From the IMG/VR virus record IMGVR_UViG_3300027741_000038: a stretch of DNA of 64,000 nt, one strand, 5' to 3'. The notes under the pieces were generated by a model. That model saw nothing but the letters and a program-made list of their open reading frames with translations. It had not been told where the DNA came from and made no database searches. Source of the DNA: an uncultured virus (IMG/VR IMGVR_UViG_3300027741_000038) (taxonomy: Duplodnaviria; Heunggongvirae; Uroviricota; Caudoviricetes). Below are positions 47,401 to 56,903 of this stretch, in pieces (the first letter of the stretch is position 1; each line of letters begins with the position of its first letter). A program made the translations under genes and the position numbers.

Positions 47401-49582
47401 CTTGATTTAAAATATTACCACGATTACCACGCTTTAAACCTCTTTTAAATCCTGGCAACTTTCCATCAATCATTGCATTAATAAATGATCCATATTTTGT
47501 TGCTTGCTTTGTAGGAATTACTGCTTCTCCGCCTTGAAGAAGTGCTGGATAAACATCTCCGTCGGATGGGTTTCCAGGAACATATCCTCCAGTTGCCATC
47601 TTTGGTCCTTTAAACGGAATACGACCACCTGCAAGTCCCGCCTCTGCTGCAAGAAGTTTTGCGGCCATGCCAGTTCCAGATGCGGCTGACATTCCCATAG
47701 CCATACCTTCAAGACTAACAGTTAATTCTCTAACAGCTTTATTAAGAAGCATTACTGCTGATTCATCTTGCAAAATCTTTTGACTAAACAGTTGTGCTGC
47801 ATTTTGAGATGCAATGATTTCGGGGGTAAAAAGTTGACCAAATGTTTTAGTTCCATTAATAAGATTTTTCATTGAGAATAAACCTTTAATTAAATATCCA
47901 ACAAAGTTGGCAAGAACACCAGTAAACATAATAATTGGGCCTGATAATGCTACTCCTGCGGCAACTATTCCAAGCACTGTTTTTACTGGTGATGGCAATT
48001 CACCAAATACTTTTGCAATGCTATTTCCAAAATTAAGAAGTGTAGTTGCAACTTGCATAATTTTTTCACCAACTGGCAGAAGGTCTGCCTTCATTGTTTC
48101 AACTGCTCTTTTAAATTTACCTGTTGTTGATTCTGTTGCTACTTTTAATTCGCCCGCTGCAATTCCTTTTAGTTGTGACTCTGATGCATTCATTAAATCA
48201 AATGCTTGTTTAGTTTGACTATTAACTGCACCTAAATTTGAAATAAGTGCTTGTATTCTTGCTTCTTGAAATTTACCAAAAAGTTTTTCAATTAATTGTG
48301 CTTGTGCAAGTGGTTGTAAACCCTTTAATGCATCTTGCAACATCATAATCATCTGTATTGGATTTCCGCCAGTTTTTGTAGCAATTGATGATAGGTTTAT
48401 GTTGTATGCAGCAAAGGCATCTTTTGCTGCTTTAGTTGGGTTAATAAGTGATGCCAAAGCTGATTTGATTGCGTTTGCAGATTGAGCTGCAGGAACTCCC
48501 GCTTCTTTCATTGCAACCATCATAAGTGCTGTATCTTTAAAAGATCCACCAAGCTGTTGAACAATAGGTCCAACTTTTGGAATACCTGCTGCTAAATCTT
48601 GCATGCTTGTTGATGTTTGGTTTTCAACTGCGTTAAGAAAATCTATTGCGCCAGACAATTGATTTGTACTAAGCTTGTATACATTCTGCAAAGAAATGGT
48701 TGTTTGCATTGCATCTTGTTGATCCATTTCGCCCAGCTTTTGTAGGCGTATTGATTCTCTTGTTGCGCCAATGAGGTCATTGCCTTGCAAGCCAGTGGCT
48801 GCTAAATCTGCCGCCATAGCTGCAGTATCTTTTACTGCAATACCCATTCCAGCTGCTAATTCTTTTGATAAACTGAGAACTTGTTGTTTTATAGCGTCTA
48901 GCGCTGCTTGTGTTGGTTGTTGAATTCCAGTTCCATAAACTTTTTGCAACCTTACAATTTCATCATTAACTTCTTTAAAAACTCTTGTTGCTGTGCTTCC
49001 AAAGATTGTGAGTGGTACGGTCATACCAACTGTTAATTGACGACCTGCCCATTGGGTATTTTTACCCCAGTTGATAAGCGATTGCGTTCCTTTTTCAACA
49101 GCAATATTATAAAGGTTTTGTGTGTTTGCAGCAATTTTTGTAGCATTTGCAACAGCATTAATTTTTGTGGGAGTGTAAACAGATAAAATACCTTGTTTAG
49201 TTGGGTCTGACATAACCAAAGAATTTTGAAGCTTTGTTTGCTCCATAGCAAGCGCCTTCATTTGAGAAGTTGCGTTGGCTGTTCCAGCTTTAATTATTTG
49301 AAAATATTGAGTAAGTTTTAATTTACCGCCAACTAAAGCTTCACCAAATTTATCTGTTTCAGCTTTTAGTCTTACTGTTTGTGCTGTGAATTGTCCAGTA
49401 GAAAGTATTGTTGCTTTGAAAGCAGCATTGGCTTCATTTAATTGTTTTGTTAAATTAGCATTAACTCCAACGCTTGCAACACTCTTATTAAGAAGAGTTA
49501 CTTGATCTTGAAGAGATTTGATTTGAGCATTGACTGATTTAAAGTCACCTAGGGCAACTATATTCAGTTCGACTTTTGCCAT
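44420..49582 (-). CDS. tape measure protein
   Basis: 1720 aa, Ala-rich helical, TP901-like core, follows tail chaperone. Confidence 0.93.
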   Translation of the reverse strand: MAKVELNIVALGDFKSVNAQIKSLQDQVTLLNKSVASVGVNANLTKQLNEANAAFKATILSTGQFTAQTVRLKAETDKFGEALVGGKLKLTQYFQIIKAGTANATSQMKALAMEQTKLQNSLVMSDPTKQGILSVYTPTKINAVANATKIAANTQNLYNIAVEKGTQSLINWGKNTQWAGRQLTVGMTVPLTIFGSTATRVFKEVNDEIVRLQKVYGTGIQQPTQAALDAIKQQVLSLSKELAAGMGIAVKDTAAMAADLAATGLQGNDLIGATRESIRLQKLGEMDQQDAMQTTISLQNVYKLSTNQLSGAIDFLNAVENQTSTSMQDLAAGIPKVGPIVQQLGGSFKDTALMMVAMKEAGVPAAQSANAIKSALASLINPTKAAKDAFAAYNINLSSIATKTGGNPIQMIMMLQDALKGLQPLAQAQLIEKLFGKFQEARIQALISNLGAVNSQTKQAFDLMNASESQLKGIAAGELKVATESTTGKFKRAVETMKADLLPVGEKIMQVATTLLNFGNSIAKVFGELPSPVKTVLGIVAAGVALSGPIIMFTGVLANFVGYLIKGLFSMKNLINGTKTFGQLFTPEIIASQNAAQLFSQKILQDESAVMLLNKAVRELTVSLEGMAMGMSAASGTGMAAKLLAAEAGLAGGRIPFKGPKMATGGYVPGNPSDGDVYPALLQGGEAVIPTKQATKYGSFINAMIDGKLPGFKRGLKRGNRGNILNQAHMAENFEPGTPEYESLIASDPALAEVAKTGSVKITPDLTAWTTEKLNLLMRPTSKGASIGEFNSGWREGGADKFVGSAARHGADFSDPATSKAATEFDEAVRKRVVQERKAAQLAAKAEGRVLEKGILDEDVAKAVRAEIDARKHVAGAEGEFARALDQASKSVGEVRPNAGTAEIRKGLKSGKYKKTGAWNVRFADESTYGTTAIGQISGAEGELSSARNSSMAGPGSYITSTGKKAGVEAERKFKMAIAKDVLSRRKIDMLEGPRPQPFANSPQFQPKIDLTGSPGGMARSSASYTRTNNLALERARRLEEEKLAKELNIASESASPSKATKRAAKNMVDGVTEGIAQSRPKVKAAANTAMEEALLANSGGGEYTNLATETEPGLAATSRSGGRFAKFNQKRMATRAKLQSRMPKMMTGRFSGLGMGLGLQLAGQFAAPMINKLPGGDVANSAITGASYGAFLGPEGALAGAAIGGIIGGISKLINSEKMHEASAKATFTASASAASMFGGAVTKAATPTGNLNSIMNSIVPKTQQVTDAVKSFISEINKLPKDDPMSLILQKMKNAGSSTEAGKIASTFAATQMAINGMQPEQAQKMIDLYMAASGYKGKSIKVPTLEKATTAALDSAVTEGRTTATIGTHVGAVSQFKGNQQLDPKAVKDLVNAISQTSPTFVNYKGQLDGITKSKNNTIAATKKYADAIREENPDLAKNIDAFGRMKLKLSDITTILALRQKDSKSPLLQQIIDAAQKGDAASLAKDLGLANTELERLFKIKPLLDPTLNANGTPLSAEELAAQRVTALQKKYKPLLDQESKRTTELERQKKLMDDQNTAAQDAIGYATQQTDLQGQIRMAMASGDYLKANLLRQQMAGNADKYQMGVISNKNTQTIDQGRQLYADAQSKIADGKSLTKAEVSALQNYKPTLGKYNLGSVNMPAAVQYGNSVQMGTNTTTNPVYNIVINGANMSAEQIVKEMKRQEAMSSTKSKVGG

Positions 49583-49585
49583 CTA

Positions 49586-50211
49586 TTACCCCTCCATTTG
49601 CATAAATCCAAGTCCTTCGTTTAAACCGAAGCCTTCTTTTTGTGCAACTCTTGCAGAATTTAAATCAGTAACATCTTCTATTACTTCTTCATTGCTATTT
49701 TCTAAATCTACTCCGTTTATCGCTGCGACAAACTTTTTATCATTGTTATCTTTACTACGAATTGCTTCAATTGTTGCCATTAATTCTTCTAATGACAAGC
49801 TTTCTTCTAATTCCTCGTAATTCTTCCAACGACCAAGTAGAAATACCTCAGACTCAAGGGAGCGTAGGTCTAGTTCGTCCCAACTAGTGCCGCTCCCAGA
49901 AGGTTTGGGTCTGTAAGTTTCAATCCGCCAGCGATTTCAAGAATCTTCATCATCGTTGGAATTTCAACAACTTCTTCAAACTTTTCCTTGTTCTTTCCTA
50001 GTTCTGAGTTTGGATATAGACCTGAGATGCAAACCATTGCACCTTCAATGAAAACATCCATAGCCGCATCTTCAGATGCATTTTCTGGTAGGTCCATCTT
50101 CTTAATGAGTTCCATAAACTCTCTAAGCTTCTTGATTGGAAGCGGTTTTAAAGTGATAGACTCACCATTTGATAGCTCAATATCTATTACATCATATACT
50201 GTTGTTGCCAA
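49586..50211 (-). CDS. tail assembly chaperone, long (GT) form via -1 frameshift
   Basis: -1 frame stays open from the slippery site (PKPSGSGTSWDELDL...) into ORF 49586..49798. Confidence 0.8.
49870..50211 (-). CDS. tail assembly chaperone, short (G) form
   Basis: Between major tail and tape measure genes. Confidence 0.85.
   Translation of the reverse strand: MATTVYDVIDIELSNGESITLKPLPIKKLREFMELIKKMDLPENASEDAAMDVFIEGAMVCISGLYPNSELGKNKEKFEEVVEIPTMMKILEIAGGLKLTDPNLLGAALVGTN
49903..49909 (-). other. -1 ribosomal frameshift slippery heptamer C CCA AAC
   Basis: X XXY YYZ in the correct phase near the 3' end of the chaperone gene. Confidence 0.8.
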
Positions 50212-50269
50212 GTTATAGCTCCTTTGTTTAGTTAAATTATACCAATAGAACCGACATACACAAATTCAA

Positions 50270-50293
50270 GACCCCGCCATTTCTGGCGGGGTC
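50270..50293 (-). terminator. terminator after major tail gene
   Basis: 10-bp GC-rich stem gaccccgcca/tggcggggtc. Confidence 0.8.
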
Positions 50294-50327
50294 CGAATAT
50301 TATTAAATTGTTAGAAAGGTTAACTAA

Positions 50328-51080
50328 TTAGTTAGTTCCCCATATACGATCAATTACGATACCATACTCAGAGCCAGCATAGCTAGACTGTGAATCATCT
50401 GGTAAACAACGGAAGCTTACTGGGAATACAGTAGCTGAATCACGCTTTAATCCGTGAGCAGTTGTATCCATAGAAACAACACGACGTGCAACGTATACAC
50501 GCTCTTTGTTTGTTAAAGCAGATGTAGTTGGAGTAACATTCTTAACTTGAGCTGGAGCATTACCAACTGCAATAAGAGTACGCTCTACTGGAGCATCTCC
50601 AAGAGAGCCTGCTGCCATATTTAAAGTTGTACCAACTTCTGATCCACCAACTGGTGTTACATCAGTCATTGAGCTAACAGCAGTAATTGAGCTACCTGTT
50701 TGGTTTACATAATATGTATCCATCTGACCCCATGAAAGAGTAAGATTGTCAAGAGTTGCTTCTACTAATTCTGTCTTAAGCATAACCTTAAGTGTTTGCT
50801 TAAATAGCTTTGCTGCATCTAGCAACTGATCAACCATTACTTCGCCGTAGCTTGGCTCGTAAGAAACTTCTAGACCTGCGTTTGTATAACCAACTTCACG
50901 ATACTTAGAACCTGTTGCAAGTAAACCTGTACGTGCTGAAGCACCTGAAGTTAGAAAACCACCTGATGCTGTTGCACCTGTAATAATTGCGTTTGTAGTT
51001 GCTGGACGTGCTGTATCTTCTTGAGAACTGATAAAGAGAGACGCTGCTCCAACAATAACATTTTTTGTATTTGTAGCCAT
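50328..51080 (-). CDS. major tail (tube) protein
   Basis: NVIVGAA, VGYT..G, VDQLLD; position and terminator. Confidence 0.88.
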   Translation of the reverse strand: MATNTKNVIVGAASLFISSQEDTARPATTNAIITGATASGGFLTSGASARTGLLATGSKYREVGYTNAGLEVSYEPSYGEVMVDQLLDAAKLFKQTLKVMLKTELVEATLDNLTLSWGQMDTYYVNQTGSSITAVSSMTDVTPVGGSEVGTTLNMAAGSLGDAPVERTLIAVGNAPAQVKNVTPTTSALTNKERVYVARRVVSMDTTAHGLKRDSATVFPVSFRCLPDDSQSSYAGSEYGIVIDRIWGTN

Positions 51081-51184
51081 TTTTTTATTTCACCACCTTA
51101 TTTTATTTTATTAAAAAATCTAAAAAGGTAACAATTTACTTCCTCATGTAAAACTATAGCAGGAATGTCTAATAAGTCAAAGTT

Positions 51185-51700
51185 TTATAAATATCGCCCA
51201 GTAACTGGGTCCAGTGTGCGAGAGTATGAGTATCTTACGGATATTATGCCATTCATAAACCCGCCTTCATTTGCAAAAGCTTGAATGGGATCTGCTGATT
51301 CTACTTTAAAATAATGATATTTATATGGGCTTGAAGCAATCAAAGATAGATTAACTTCTTTTGCTGAATCATCGTATCTTCTAAAAAAGTCTGTAATAAG
51401 GTTAATAATTGTTTGAATTTCAGAAGGGTCTCTTGACACAATATCAAATGTTATAACATCTTCACTCATCCACCATTGGGTAGCACCATGACTTTGAGTA
51501 ATGTCATAAATTATAAATGTTTTTCCTGGAAGCATGTTATTGAATTCTGGTACCTGCTGTGCGGGTATAATAGGCTCTAGGGGCTTTGTAAAGCCATCAG
51601 CCATATAGTTGTTAAGGTCAATTAATCCTTTGGCTATAAGCTCGTTTAAGAGCGTTTTACGAATATCGTATGATGCCACATATTTGTAGTCTGCTGTCAT
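51185..51700 (-). CDS. tail terminator-like protein
   Basis: Synteny upstream of major tail gene. Confidence 0.65.
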   Translation of the reverse strand: MTADYKYVASYDIRKTLLNELIAKGLIDLNNYMADGFTKPLEPIIPAQQVPEFNNMLPGKTFIIYDITQSHGATQWWMSEDVITFDIVSRDPSEIQTIINLITDFFRRYDDSAKEVNLSLIASSPYKYHYFKVESADPIQAFANEGGFMNGIISVRYSYSRTLDPVTGRYL

Positions 51701-52428
51701 TTAATTATCTCCCTGCCTGCAACAATTGAATTTACAACTTGACGGGTAACAGCTTTTACATCTGATATATCCCCATTATTCTTGGATAAAGCAATAGCTG
51801 TTTCGTTAGCTATTCTTTCATATAATCCAGAAGAATCTATAATTGTTTGAGCATTCTTATTATACCAAGCAGACATAAAAGTAGCCAAAGAGCCTTTTAC
51901 AAATTTCCCGCCTGGATTATTAATGTTTACTGTAGTTCCTGGTTGAATAAATTTTATACCCAAATCTGATCCCATAAATGCAAGCATTTTTTTAGCTTGA
52001 TAGCGAACTGCCCTTCCTTCTTCCATTACTTGAGCTTTATCTCTAAATATATTTTTTTTGCTTACTAACTTTCCTGTTGAGCCAGGAGTAAGAAGTTCTG
52101 GGTTGATTGGGACGGGAGTTTTTGATGGCTTAAACTCTGCCTTAATAGTCATAGATCCATTTATTAAAACTGCTTTATTTAAAACAAAAAGTCGGGCTGA
52201 AGGAAATCCTACCTTATTCCACTCATATATATGATGCATTCTTTTTGGATTTGTTACAGAAAATCTATCTACAGCTAAAACAAATCTTTCGCCTAATATT
52301 ACAAATACAGCTTTTGAAACCTCGTTTAAAAATTCTGGTTGAGTCATATAGCCAATTGCTTTTACTTTAAGATTAATTTCTCTATTTAAAGCCTCAATAC
52401 TTTTTTTACTTATTGATAGTTTTATCAT
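51697..52428 (-). CDS. neck/tail completion protein
   Basis: Synteny; HHIYEW, F..KA.VME.G. Confidence 0.6.
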   Translation of the reverse strand: MIKLSISKKSIEALNREINLKVKAIGYMTQPEFLNEVSKAVFVILGERFVLAVDRFSVTNPKRMHHIYEWNKVGFPSARLFVLNKAVLINGSMTIKAEFKPSKTPVPINPELLTPGSTGKLVSKKNIFRDKAQVMEEGRAVRYQAKKMLAFMGSDLGIKFIQPGTTVNINNPGGKFVKGSLATFMSAWYNKNAQTIIDSSGLYERIANETAIALSKNNGDISDVKAVTRQVVNSIVAGREIIK

Positions 52429-52867
52429 TGTCTTGGACCTTTACTCTGTGGATTGTGCTTTCATAATAAGAAATTTTTCCAAATGGGTCTAAGACTGCGT
52501 GTGAGGATGTTACCTCAAAAATAGTATCTGGCTGATCAATTTTATCAATTTCAATAAAAACTTGTTGCCCATCACTTGATCTAACAGCAACAATTCTTGA
52601 ACGCTTGCTCAAAAGCTCAAGAGTTTTTAGTTTAAGTTGAAAACCTTCATCATATCCACCAAGTGCTCCGTCTGATGTATCAAATGTTTTATTGTCACCT
52701 TTTGTATTTGTGCCTCGTGCCTGAATAGGCTCAACCTTGCATTGAATAGTTTTTTTATACACCCATTGTCTGGATATTGCTCCAGTGTCTGTATCTTGTA
52801 TATTTTGTTGACCATAAACTTGGGCGGTCATGTTCATGATTGATGCAATGATTGATGTATTAAACAT
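52406..52867 (-). CDS. head-tail stopper-like protein
   Basis: Synteny; beta-rich. Confidence 0.65.
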   Translation of the reverse strand: MFNTSIIASIMNMTAQVYGQQNIQDTDTGAISRQWVYKKTIQCKVEPIQARGTNTKGDNKTFDTSDGALGGYDEGFQLKLKTLELLSKRSRIVAVRSSDGQQVFIEIDKIDQPDTIFEVTSSHAVLDPFGKISYYESTIHRVKVQDNDKTINK

Positions 52868-53817
52868 TAAATGATTACAATATTAACGTTGCGGTATGTG
52901 TCCAAGATATTATCTACAGTAACATTACCAGTTCCGTTAAATGCTCCTCCTGCCATTTCAAATGAAATTTCTGAAAGGTTTACTTTCTTAAGGTACTTAT
53001 TACGCCAATTATAATCGTTGGCTAATATGTCACCAACAAGAAGCATTGAAGCAATTTTAATGTCTTCTGGTACGTATTTCCATCCAATTAATCCTTCAAA
53101 CTTATATCTTGAACCATCTCTAAATCTTCCATTTCCTAGTGCGCTTGGGTCTACTTGATTGTCAAATCTAAGATCCCAGCCAACATTTATAATTCTAATT
53201 GCTTTTTTTGTTGGACTTAATTCTATAGGGAACCCAAAATTATTATAAACTGGAGTTACTGTATTATCAATTAATAACTCATCATTTTCCCACACTCTAT
53301 CTATACTAATCATTTTTTCAGTAATTTCTATTGCGTCTGAGCCAAAACCAAATTGTTCTTGTTGGCCATAATATTGAACAAATTTTTGACCAGTGTAACC
53401 ATCAATTATTGTTCTTGCAACTTTTTCGGCTGATTCAATTTCTTTAGGATTTCTATAATTAATCTCTGATGGGGAAGTTCCTAAACCAAGAAAATCTTGT
53501 ATCTCACTTACAGTAGAATAAACAGTTTCTACTGCATAAAATTGTTCTTCTGTAGTTGATACAGAATTTAAAGAATAAGACCAAACAAACTTTAAAGTTC
53601 TATTAATTTGAGTAAGTGCTGGGGTCATTGTATAAGAATAAACCCCAGCAGCATTCTCATCTGTTGTTGCTACATTGGAGTATCCAGTTAACGCTGTGGT
53701 ATCACTGTCTGCATTATATACACTCAAGGTTGGTACTGCTGTTGCCTGTGTTAAGACTCCATCGCTGTATACATTAAGATATATCTTTTGCTTACTTCCC
53801 TTGATTATATTTTGCAA
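52867..53817 (-). CDS. head-to-tail adaptor
   Basis: IIDGYTGQKF, GW..VPEDIK.A. Confidence 0.8.
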   Translation of the reverse strand: MQNIIKGSKQKIYLNVYSDGVLTQATAVPTLSVYNADSDTTALTGYSNVATTDENAAGVYSYTMTPALTQINRTLKFVWSYSLNSVSTTEEQFYAVETVYSTVSEIQDFLGLGTSPSEINYRNPKEIESAEKVARTIIDGYTGQKFVQYYGQQEQFGFGSDAIEITEKMISIDRVWENDELLIDNTVTPVYNNFGFPIELSPTKKAIRIINVGWDLRFDNQVDPSALGNGRFRDGSRYKFEGLIGWKYVPEDIKIASMLLVGDILANDYNWRNKYLKKVNLSEISFEMAGGAFNGTGNVTVDNILDTYRNVNIVII

Positions 53818-53830
53818 TTAATTGCCTCCG

Positions 53831-54229
53831 TTATGCGTAAAAGTCTTGAGCCTCTCTTGGAGTCGCAAGTCTAAATCCACCCTGTGAATCAAAAATGCTT
53901 TGTGCATCTCTTTCAGACATGGCTACAAATGGGTGCTGTTGTGTAAAGGTATGACCCATTGCTTGATAAGAAAAATTATCTCTTTCCATTTTTACTAGTA
54001 CTGAGCTTTCAGTCTTCATAATTTTTTTCTCTCTCTGTTTCTTTTCTACTTCTGAAATTTCAATTTCTTGCTTTTCAGTATTGTTAAACTTTTCATACAT
54101 TTGATAAGTGATACCTTCTTCTTCAAGAAGTGCTACAATCTCTGTCTTTGTTTTAGATCCATCAAGATCTACACCAAATGATTCAGCTGCTTTTTTTAAA
54201 TCGCTTATTTTTAAATTTGAAAATGACAT
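53831..54229 (-). CDS. Rho-N/HeH-like domain protein
   Basis: LKISDLKKAAESFGV....KTEIV. Confidence 0.7.
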   Translation of the reverse strand: MSFSNLKISDLKKAAESFGVDLDGSKTKTEIVALLEEEGITYQMYEKFNNTEKQEIEISEVEKKQREKKIMKTESSVLVKMERDNFSYQAMGHTFTQQHPFVAMSERDAQSIFDSQGGFRLATPREAQDFYA

Positions 54230-54276
54230 TATCTTCCTCTCGTTAATGTGTTTTAATTATATCAGAAAATGATTAA

Positions 54277-54298
54277 GGGAGCTACTTTCGCAGCTCCC
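54277..54298 (-). terminator. terminator after major capsid gene
   Basis: gggagct/agctccc stem. Confidence 0.7.
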
Positions 54299-54320
54299 CC
54301 AATCTTGCAACTAATAAATA

Positions 54321-55448
54321 TTAGTATGTGTAAGTTCCTGAACCACCAGTTACGTTTGATCCGTGTGTTACGGAACCAAATGATGTACCTGTTGAGCCTG
54401 AGACCTTAATGTTTTTTACGATTACGTGTGCATCAAAGTTTTCTACCTGGCAACCAACACGGATAAAGAGAGTGTACTCAATTGTATCCTTCTTTGGCTG
54501 GAATAGACGATAAACAGTAACATCACGCTTGATACCGATGATAAAGTTCTGTGGGAATGTCAAGTGAAGGTCACCATGCAAACCGCTTGGGCTTGAATAG
54601 TCTCCTGTACGAGTTTCATCCATCAATGGAACGTTAATCACTGGAATACCAAATGCGAATGGTGTTACAGTACCTGGACCGCCGTCGTTAGCAGCAACAT
54701 CTCCACGGATAACGCCAGAAGCGATATCGAATGGATTACCGTTGCCTGCGTTAGCAGTTAGGTTGTACAAATAATCTTGTACCAAGTTTGATCCTGAGAA
54801 GAATCGAAGTTGATTGCGACGTTGCTTATACTTACGAGGCATAGTCTTAATTGCCATGTTAAACACAGCCTTATCAAGTCCTAGTCCTGCAGCATCAACA
54901 ACGTGTGCATTTGCGAGTGCAAGTGCTCTGAAGCCCTTAAACGCTGAAAGCAAACCTGTGCTTGTACCTGTACCGTTGATGAGAACATCCTCGATATCGT
55001 TACCAGCTTGGGTAGCCATAAGACGTGCAATGTGGTCTTCTAGATCTGGACCCTCAATATTGTCTTCAAGAGACTCTGATGAGAGTTCCCAGTCAAGACG
55101 AAGCTTGCGTGTTGTCAAAGAAACCTTTGAGAAAGTTGCAGCTGCGTTTGTAAAAGAAGCATTTTCTGTTGCGCTGACATAGTCACGAGGTTGGTCCTCT
55201 GAAGCAACAGTCATAATTCTCTGACCGACTGAAACACGATCAATTTCAGTTGTATTGCTACGCATACGGATTGTACGTGAAGCCTTTGCCAAAATAGTCG
55301 CATCCCACATATAATCTAGGAAACGATTAGCTTGATCTGGATATAGAAGTCCAGAACCGCTGAGTGTAGAAGTGTCTGTTGACGCTTGTACTCCGCTTGC
55401 ACCGAGATTAGTTGTATCAATTACTTTTTGTAATAGTTCATTACTCAT
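54321..55448 (-). CDS. major capsid protein (HK97 fold)
   Basis: LYPDQANRF, LEDNIEG, INGTG; follows portal and protease. Confidence 0.92.
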   Translation of the reverse strand: MSNELLQKVIDTTNLGASGVQASTDTSTLSGSGLLYPDQANRFLDYMWDATILAKASRTIRMRSNTTEIDRVSVGQRIMTVASEDQPRDYVSATENASFTNAAATFSKVSLTTRKLRLDWELSSESLEDNIEGPDLEDHIARLMATQAGNDIEDVLINGTGTSTGLLSAFKGFRALALANAHVVDAAGLGLDKAVFNMAIKTMPRKYKQRRNQLRFFSGSNLVQDYLYNLTANAGNGNPFDIASGVIRGDVAANDGGPGTVTPFAFGIPVINVPLMDETRTGDYSSPSGLHGDLHLTFPQNFIIGIKRDVTVYRLFQPKKDTIEYTLFIRVGCQVENFDAHVIVKNIKVSGSTGTSFGSVTHGSNVTGGSGTYTY

Positions 55449-55472
55449 TTTTTATTTCACCACCTTATTTTT

Positions 55473-55982
55473 TTATAGATTTTTAGTTAAGCTATTAACA
55501 CCGAGGAAGTGTCCTTGCCATATACTTTTTTGGATTTTTGTTTCCTCTAGTGATCCGTTAAGATCGCTAGACTTCTTTACTGCTGTTGCGGATTCAAATC
55601 CGTTCAGCTTATTATCAACATAGTCAATTTTACCGTACATATCAGTAATTGATTTGTTAATCTCTTCATGCTTAGCTTTGATTTCGTCAATCGCCTTTGA
55701 CATTTCTGCCCTTGTTTCCTCAACAATGCGATAAACATCTTGAACTGTTGCTGCATGAGTTGCATAATTCTTTTCAATAGAATCATTAAAGAAGGTCTTA
55801 AGGTCAGTTACCATCTTTGTGAAATCAAGTGTATCCTCAACCTCTGAAATAGCAACAGCCTTTTCGATTGCTTCTCCTGCATCAACTGCTGGTGCTTCTG
55901 TAACTTCCGCTACTTCTTCAACAGCTGGAGTTTCAACTTCAGTAACTTCGGTAGTTACTTCTGCGTTTGTTTCTTCTGTCAT
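55473..55982 (-). CDS. nested in-frame scaffolding protein
   Basis: GAAGGAGGT-N6-ATG (MTEETN...) inside the protease gene. Confidence 0.65.
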   Translation of the reverse strand: MTEETNAEVTTEVTEVETPAVEEVAEVTEAPAVDAGEAIEKAVAISEVEDTLDFTKMVTDLKTFFNDSIEKNYATHAATVQDVYRIVEETRAEMSKAIDEIKAKHEEINKSITDMYGKIDYVDNKLNGFESATAVKKSSDLNGSLEETKIQKSIWQGHFLGVNSLTKNL

Positions 55983-56849
55983 TTCATTACCTCCTTCATT
56001 CTTCTTAATAGTCGCCGCATCAACTGTGATAGGCGAAACTTTTTTTGTTTTATTTTGATCTGGATAAAGATTGATTGCTGAGCTAGTGTCAATTACGCTT
56101 GTTGGAGCGGCTGTTTCTAAAGCTGAGTGTGTTGGGCCTGGAGCATCATCTTTTTTAAAGTAAGAATCAATTACTTTTTCAATTGCTTCAAATTTTTCTG
56201 AATCTGCTTGCTCAACCCAACCAACATTTGTCATTGAATCTCCGCATACAGAACAATTTTTTGCTATTTCTACTGATGTTGATGCAACTTCATCTTCTTT
56301 ACACCAGTAAACATTTTCTAATGTCATATTCTTTGCCATTTTTTGAATAGAAAAAAAGTTAGCAAGTGGATTTGCTGGTGAATCTACTAATGATAGTTCA
56401 TGTAGATCGTAGTTATGAATAACTCTACGCTCTTCATCCCCGCCATCTGCTTTTTCCATTTTTGCATCTACAATATTTCCGCCAATTGAAAATCCTGAAT
56501 AAGTTCCATCAAGAACTTTTTCCCACGCATCTTGTGCGCCCTTAGAGATGTATGCTGTGACATAAACGCCACTATATTTCTTACCAGAAGCTTTATCAAA
56601 AAAAGCGTCTTCTTTAAAATCAATCATCTTGCCTACAGCAGATGGACCATGCATTTCACGTATGTTGCCTCTAAAGCTTTCAAATGCTTTTTTGCTTGCT
56701 TCAGATGTAACAATATCCCCATGACGGTCTACGTTATCTAATGAAGCAAATCCAGAAACAGTTCTCTTCTCCTTGTTAACCTTTGCAATAGGAAAGGATA
56801 AGGCCATTGATGATTCACTATTTTGCCAATACGTTTTTTGTAGTTCCAT
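55473..56849 (-). CDS. prohead protease fused to scaffold
   Basis: VSGFA..DRHGD, REMH, GFSIGG, ELSLVDSPAN; acidic coiled-coil C-terminus. Confidence 0.9.
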   Translation of the reverse strand: MELQKTYWQNSESSMALSFPIAKVNKEKRTVSGFASLDNVDRHGDIVTSEASKKAFESFRGNIREMHGPSAVGKMIDFKEDAFFDKASGKKYSGVYVTAYISKGAQDAWEKVLDGTYSGFSIGGNIVDAKMEKADGGDEERRVIHNYDLHELSLVDSPANPLANFFSIQKMAKNMTLENVYWCKEDEVASTSVEIAKNCSVCGDSMTNVGWVEQADSEKFEAIEKVIDSYFKKDDAPGPTHSALETAAPTSVIDTSSAINLYPDQNKTKKVSPITVDAATIKKNEGGNEMTEETNAEVTTEVTEVETPAVEEVAEVTEAPAVDAGEAIEKAVAISEVEDTLDFTKMVTDLKTFFNDSIEKNYATHAATVQDVYRIVEETRAEMSKAIDEIKAKHEEINKSITDMYGKIDYVDNKLNGFESATAVKKSSDLNGSLEETKIQKSIWQGHFLGVNSLTKNL

Positions 56850-56903
56850 ATATAATTTAAATAATAGCAGTATTTATAATTAACTCATAATTTACAGTAG
56901 TTA

